From: Dehalococcoidia bacterium
GTDB lineage: Bacteria; Chloroflexota; Dehalococcoidia; Bin125
NCBI GenBank assembly: GCA_963663895.2
Contig: CAXXRD010000002.1
Location: 32,001 to 96,000 of the forward strand
Reading direction: 5' to 3'
Length of the DNA stretch: 64,000 nt
The notes below the pieces were generated by a model. The model was not told the DNA's origin. It was given only the letters and a program-made list of their open reading frames with translations, and searched no databases. The translations under genes were made by a program, and so were the position numbers. Position 1 is the first letter of the stretch. Every line of letters starts with the position of its first letter. Positions 59,293 through 64,000 of this stretch are shown piece after piece.

Positions 59293-60586
59293 GTGCGCGA
59301 AGCGCTCGGGGTCTTCCCGGACGATCTGCTCGCTCGCCTGGGCGACGATGTCCGGGCCGAACTCGGGGAGTACGTCGAGCCATCCACGGAGCGAATCGGC
59401 CATGCCTTCCCGGTAGCGCCGGGGGTGCTCGCCCCGGGCGGGGGCTCCACGCCACGACGACGTACGAACCCGATGGCGTCGTGAGCTTTGAGGCGACATC
59501 ACACGTGGAGGCGCTCGCCAAGGGCGCAGCCATGCTCGGCAGTGAGCCCGTCGCGAACCTCATGGCCGGATGGCTGCGGGGTGAGCCGATCCGATACCAG
59601 ATCAGGAGCATCCTCAACACTGACTGCATCCTGCCGGAACCCCTGTGGCCGAGGAGGGCGTGCGGCTCGAGTCGCTCCCGCTCTCGACCGACCGTCTCAG
59701 CGGATACTTGCCACTGATTGGGGAGCGGTCGCCCGAGCAGTACCTCGGCAGGATGATGTTGGCGATGGATCATTCCGCGTCGCCCGCGCTGTTCCGGCTC
59801 GGCGACGAACAGTCCGTGCGCGCGGAGCGCGCGACGGGCGCCCCGGGTGCCGAACCAGAGGTGGTCTGCCAGGCGCTGGCGATCGAAGCGGACGCCTTCA
59901 CGGAGGTCGCGTTCTCGTGGCCGGACTTCGGGGACCACCTCAGCGTGCTCGGCCTGCGAAGCGGGGATCAAATCTGGTCCACCGCACAGGCCCACTTCCG
60001 ACCCTCGTCATTCCGGAACTACTCCGTGGAGACCGACTACGTGACAGACGTGACGACGCTGACGTTCGAGGACGCGCCGGAGATCGAAGTCGACGGCGAA
60101 CGGCTGGGAGCCGTACTCACCGCCCTTGCGGAGTCCTCGTCCGGCAGTCTCCAGATCGCCGCGTCGCGGTGGCTGCGATCCAAGGACACGTCCCCTCCCC
60201 TCAAAGATCGGTTCATCGATCTGCGGATTGCGCTGGAATCACTGTACTTGCGCGACTTCAAGAACGAGCACAGCCAAGAGATGGGGTTTCGGGTGGCGCT
60301 CTTCAGCGCGTGGCATCTGGGAGCCGATCTCGACGAGAGACGAACGCTCCGCAAGACGCTGCGCGACGCATACCGCGCAGCGTCGAGAGCGGTCCACGAC
60401 GGCGACATCGAATCCGAGCGTAAATCCAGGCGCAAGAATAACGAGAAGCCGCCCCGCCTGTGGCGCGAGAACGAGAAGCTCTTGTCCGAGGCTCAGGACA
60501 TCGTTCGCCAGGGCTTGCTGGCAACGATCGCGAACGGCCCGCCGCGTGACTGGGGCGACCTCGTTCTCGGCGGCGGCCCGACATAG
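59293..60586 (+). pseudogene. HEPN (ApeA-like) domain gene with frameshifted 5' part
   Basis: RFIDLRIALESLY, AYRAASRAVH.G in 59645-60586; upstream frames join near 59440 (G-run) and 59640. Confidence 0.65.
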
Positions 60587-60655
60587 ATCCCGCGCGTACG
60601 CCCGGCAGTGGGCCAGCGCGCGGGCGGCAAGAGAGCCGCGCACACAGCGCTGGGC

Positions 60656-60689
60656 AGGACGCCGCCGCCGGGTCTGGCGGCGGCGTCCT
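60656..60689. terminator. 14-bp hairpin between convergent genes
   Basis: AGGACGCCGCCGCC-GGGTCT-GGCGGCGGCGTCCT. Confidence 0.6.
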
Positions 60690-60698
60690 CTTGCGTGG

Positions 60699-61245
60699 CT
60701 ACCCGGCGGCGGCCAGCGCCCCCTCGTGTTCTTTATCGAGTGCCCACTCGAGGAGAGAGAACGTCGGAGCCTCGTCCCGACGCTTGCGTGGCGGTTCCTC
60801 CGGCTCATCGGCCATGAACTCCGCCCTCGAGAACAGCGACCGCTCCGCCTCCGGCGCCGCGCCACCGTCCGTGACCGGCTCCGCTGTCGCTCCGGCCCCG
60901 GCCGTCACGGGCTCGGGTTCCGGTGCGGCCCAGCCTTCGTCGGCCAGCAGCGCCTCGGCCTCCGCCGCGACCTGGCGGGCCTGCTAGAAGACCGACTCCG
61001 CCGAACCCGCGTCCTCCTCGCCCGCGACGATCTTGCGTGCTAGGGAAAGCATCAAGTCGTCGCCGTCGTCCCCGTAGGCGGCGAGGCCGTCCTCGGGCAG
61101 CTCCCCCTCGACGGCGAGCGAGGTCTGGAGCTTCTGCGCCACGTGCTTCAGGGCGTCGGCCTGGGGGGGGTATTCCAGTAGGCATGAAGACGACCTGCAC
61201 GGGCTCGCTCTGGCCGATGCGCCGGGAGGCCTTCCGCAACGCGTT
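60699..61245 (-). pseudogene. 3' remnant of an ICE/plasmid-type SF2 helicase gene
   Basis: LRKASRRIGQ..PV.VVFM (motif VI-like), QADALK.VA.KL..SLAVEGEL, internal stop and frameshifts, tail SLFS...SLLEWAL. Confidence 0.65.
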
Positions 61246-61505
61246 GGACACCGCAACCGTCTCGAACCAACGAGACTATCGACGCAGGTGGACCTCCTCA
61301 TGATCGAGTAGGGAACGGGAGATTGTACGTATCGTGGACCGAACAAGGGGGGCAAGGTTCGGGATGTTCGCGGTCCGCAGGGAACTGTCCACAGTGACAT
61401 GGGAAACGCGCGTTGGCTTTGCCCCGTCTATCCTCGGCAAACATTCCCCCCTGACCACGTCACGAGGCCAGGTACCTCAAATCTGCACGACGCCGGGGAC
61501 CTCCG

Positions 61506-62693
61506 TTGAGCTTGACTAAGCGGCTTCTCGAAGAACAGCTGGAGCGAGGTTGGTCCCTCGTCCCTGACGATCGATACGCTTGCACTGCCTGCGTGGACGA
61601 TGAGGGGCTTGTTGCGGTCATCGAAGCGGAGGCCGAGCACGTCGCATGTTCGTATTGTCGGCGAGCTGGTGCTGAGCCGAACGCCATACCTGTGAATCGG
61701 CTCTTTGAAGTGATCGCTTCAGGCATCCGCTACGAACTGACTGATCCCGCGAACGAACTGCCATCCGACGGCGGTGAGTACGTTTTTGCAGAGGCCATCA
61801 TCGACTCTGACGAATTGCTCGCTTCCCATGTTCCTCTGATCTCCGACGGACTCATCGAGGATTTCATGGACTCCTTCGCTCATCTCGACTGGGTTCGCCG
61901 AGAATTCTTCGCCCTCCCTCAAGACGAGGCATTGATGGAGGGCTGGAAGGCGTTCGTGCGGGAGTCGATTCGCGCTCAAGCAACGCCGGAGCGACCCCCT
62001 GAGGAAATCTATGGGAGCGACATTCAGCCGCAGGAGCTACTCGATCGCCTCGGAACGGCAGTGACCCAGGCCGACGTAGTCCGTTTTCTCCCTGCGGGCA
62101 TGACCATCTACCGGACACGGGTCCATCCGATCGGCTCAGTCGTCAGCGGTGCTGCCGCTCTCGGTGCGCCGACACCTGAACTGGCGACTCTACCGAACAG
62201 GATGAGCCCGGCTGGACGGCCGATGTTCTACGGGGCGCTCGACGAAGAGACTTCCGTCGTAGAGACCCTCATAGAAGAGGAGGGCTACACGGTCACGACC
62301 GGGGCGTTCACCCTTAGCAAAGAGATTGCTGTCCTTGACCTAACGGAGATCCCTGCAGTCTCGAGTCTCTTTGATGAACAGAAGCGGCATGCTCGTCGAC
62401 CGCTTATGTTTCTTCGCGCTTTTGCGGAGGAGGTGTCCAGGCCTATTCAGCGCGATGGTGGAGAGTGCTTAGAGTATGTGCCGACGCAGCGTGTGACCGA
62501 GTACTTCCGGACAAAGTATGAACCACTGAGCGCATCGGTCCTGACGGGCCTGACGTACCGCTCGTCACGGAATGGCCGCCCCTGCGTCGTCCTGTTTGTG
62601 GGGAATGGTGATGCGATCGATCGCGCCGCTCGAAACCCGACTGACGGGCACCTCCTTACGTTGGAGTCACAGTACACTCGCCCAACAGGGTGA
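61506..62693 (+). CDS. RES-domain protein with Cys-rich N-terminal domain
   Basis: CTAC, CSYC; IYRTR, NRMSPAG.PMFYGA, ET..VE, YVPTQ.VTEYFR, YRSS. Confidence 0.88.
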   Translation: MSLTKRLLEEQLERGWSLVPDDRYACTACVDDEGLVAVIEAEAEHVACSYCRRAGAEPNAIPVNRLFEVIASGIRYELTDPANELPSDGGEYVFAEAIIDSDELLASHVPLISDGLIEDFMDSFAHLDWVRREFFALPQDEALMEGWKAFVRESIRAQATPERPPEEIYGSDIQPQELLDRLGTAVTQADVVRFLPAGMTIYRTRVHPIGSVVSGAAALGAPTPELATLPNRMSPAGRPMFYGALDEETSVVETLIEEEGYTVTTGAFTLSKEIAVLDLTEIPAVSSLFDEQKRHARRPLMFLRAFAEEVSRPIQRDGGECLEYVPTQRVTEYFRTKYEPLSASVLTGLTYRSSRNGRPCVVLFVGNGDAIDRAARNPTDGHLLTLESQYTRPTG

Positions 62694-62777
62694 CATCTGA
62701 CTCCAGCGTGCAGGATCGCCCTAAGCGGTAAACGTCGAAGGACTCTTAACGCGAAGAAATCTCCACGCAAAGGGAAG

Positions 62778-62812
62778 GAGGGAGGCCACTGCGGAGTGCA
62801 GTGGCCTCCCTC
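62778..62812 (-). terminator. 15-bp hairpin, probable intrinsic terminator
   Basis: GAGGGAGGCCACTGC-GGAGT-GCAGTGGCCTCCCTC with pyrimidine tail on the minus strand. Confidence 0.7.
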
Positions 62813-62823
62813 TCGCGATAGGG

Positions 62824-63009
62824 TCAGCGCCCAGCGCCAACCAACTCCCTTTCCCGTTCGAGCGCCCACTCGCAGAGCGAGAGCGTCGGGGCTTCGTCGT
62901 GACGGTGCCGCTTCGGCGGCTCTGGCCTCTCGGCCATGAACCCGGCCCACGAGAACAGCGACTGCTGGGGTTCGGGTGCTTCCCCGTCCGCGATGGCCAC
63001 GGGGAGCAA
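62824..63009 (-). pseudogene. Second copy of the helicase C-terminal tail
   Basis: QQSLFSWAGFMAE...DEAPTLSLCEWALERE matches ERSLFSRAEFMAD...DEAPTFSLLEWALDKE at 60699-60860. Confidence 0.75.
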
Positions 63010-63579
63010 CAGCCCCTCGCATGCCCGTAGTCGCGGCCCACAATCGCTTTTCTGAACCGGACGCTATCTGATCACGCGCCTGATCCGATCGGGACAGCTG
63101 GGACACGATTTTGTCCTGATCGGACACAGCGGGACACGTGGGGCCTCCCCCCGACGGAGGATATCCGGATAACGCCGCCCTGGCTGGCGCTTCTCTGGAA
63201 AACTCGATGGATCGCGTCCGATAAGGGGGACCTATCGGGCCTCCAAGGCCGCCCAGAGCCCCCGGAAAGGCCCGGGTGTGACGTGACAGCCGAAGCCGCC
63301 CAGATGGGACAGCGGCCGTGTCAAGCGGGCCCGTGGGGCCGTGCAGGAACCCCTCTTGACGATCGGTCACCGGGCCTGAGGAGAGGGATTCCGGATCCGA
63401 CGCGCGCGCGTAGGAAAGCCACGCGCGGGCCGGTCGCATCGCTTGATGCATGATCGCGAAACATTGAAGTGTTGACTTGACAGGACCCACGCATCCGGAG
63501 TACAAGGGGCCCACCAACACGAATCGCCCCCGCACCGCTGCAACGGCCGGGGGCACGGCACACGAAGGAGTGTCTTCGC

Positions 63580-64000
63580 ATGCAACGTCATCCTACCCCC
63601 CGATCCGAGCGGGTCAACGAGACCCTGGCCAGGCTGGAAGAGGGCGCCCTCGCCCTCGCCCAGTCCGATCGCTATCGCGACTGGCTCGAGCATCTGGGCC
63701 AGTTCCACCAGTACAGCGTCTCCAACAGCCTGCTGATCTGGCTGCAGCGGCCGCACGCGTCGCGCGTCGCCGGCTTCCAGCGCTGGAAGACGCTCGGCCG
63801 CCACGTCAGGAAGGGCGAGAAGGGGATCAGGATCCTCGCCCCCATCGTGGTCAAGAAGCGGGCCGGCGATGACGACCAGGACGATGACGAACAGCGACGC
63901 GTCGTCACGCTCTTCAAGGTCGTCCACGTCTTCGACATCGCCCAGACCGATGGCGACGCCCTCCCCGAGATCGCCCACACGCTGCAAGGCGTCGCCCCGG
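63580..64000 (+). CDS. ArdC-like ssDNA-binding/antirestriction protein (3'-truncated; absent from ORF track)
   Basis: AAGGAG RBS; FHQYS..N.LLI..Q.P.A..VAGF..WK.LGR.VRKGEKGI.ILAP, F....VFDIAQTDG. Confidence 0.9.
   Translation, partial: MQRHPTPRSERVNETLARLEEGALALAQSDRYRDWLEHLGQFHQYSVSNSLLIWLQRPHASRVAGFQRWKTLGRHVRKGEKGIRILAPIVVKKRAGDDDQDDDEQRRVVTLFKVVHVFDIAQTDGDALPEIAHTLQGVAP

Larger units (their letters stand above)
27839..64000. mobile_element. tRNA-Ser-anchored defence/cargo genomic island (ICE-like, partly decayed), extends beyond the window
   Basis: AT-rich tract right after the tRNA, mosaic GC, R-M/TA/HEPN/SIR2/RES cargo, pseudogenes, helicase remnants, ArdC-like gene; no integrase or second att site seen in the window. 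Confidence 0.75.

Overview
High-GC bacterial window with two parts. (1) 1-27.7 kb is chromosomal and metabolic. It holds five closely related hydantoinase B/oxoprolinase-family paralogues in tandem plus a sixth divergent copy, with no A-subunit partner visible. It also has RidA, a copper amine oxidase, YceI, a USP-like protein, an S1 protease, an OGG-type glycosylase, a frameshifted MaoC, a LysM protein, sucCD and an alpha/beta hydrolase. Small lower-GC insertions occur here, including a convergent type II-like R-M pair and a HEPN gene. (2) From tRNA-Ser(GCT) at 27748-27838 to the window end is a defence-rich, ICE-like island. It carries a CBS-HEPN gene, a type I R-M operon interleaved with hicAB and other cargo, SIR2-TPR, a decayed LRR gene, a RelE/ParE-like TA pair, an iron-siderophore uptake module bracketed by 92-bp direct repeats, HEPN and RES genes, helicase-tail remnants and a truncated ArdC-like gene. 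The best candidate for an undescribed system is a tight four-gene operon at 52775-58713: N6-adenine methyltransferase, GHKL(MORC-like) ATPase-histidine kinase fusion, receiver-domain protein and an unknown protein, with no recognisable restriction nuclease. A second notable pattern is that several island cargo modules sit between paired diverged repeats or duplicated gene 3' ends. All calls come from manual motif reading; no database searches were run. Several frameshifts lie in homopolymers and may be assembly errors.
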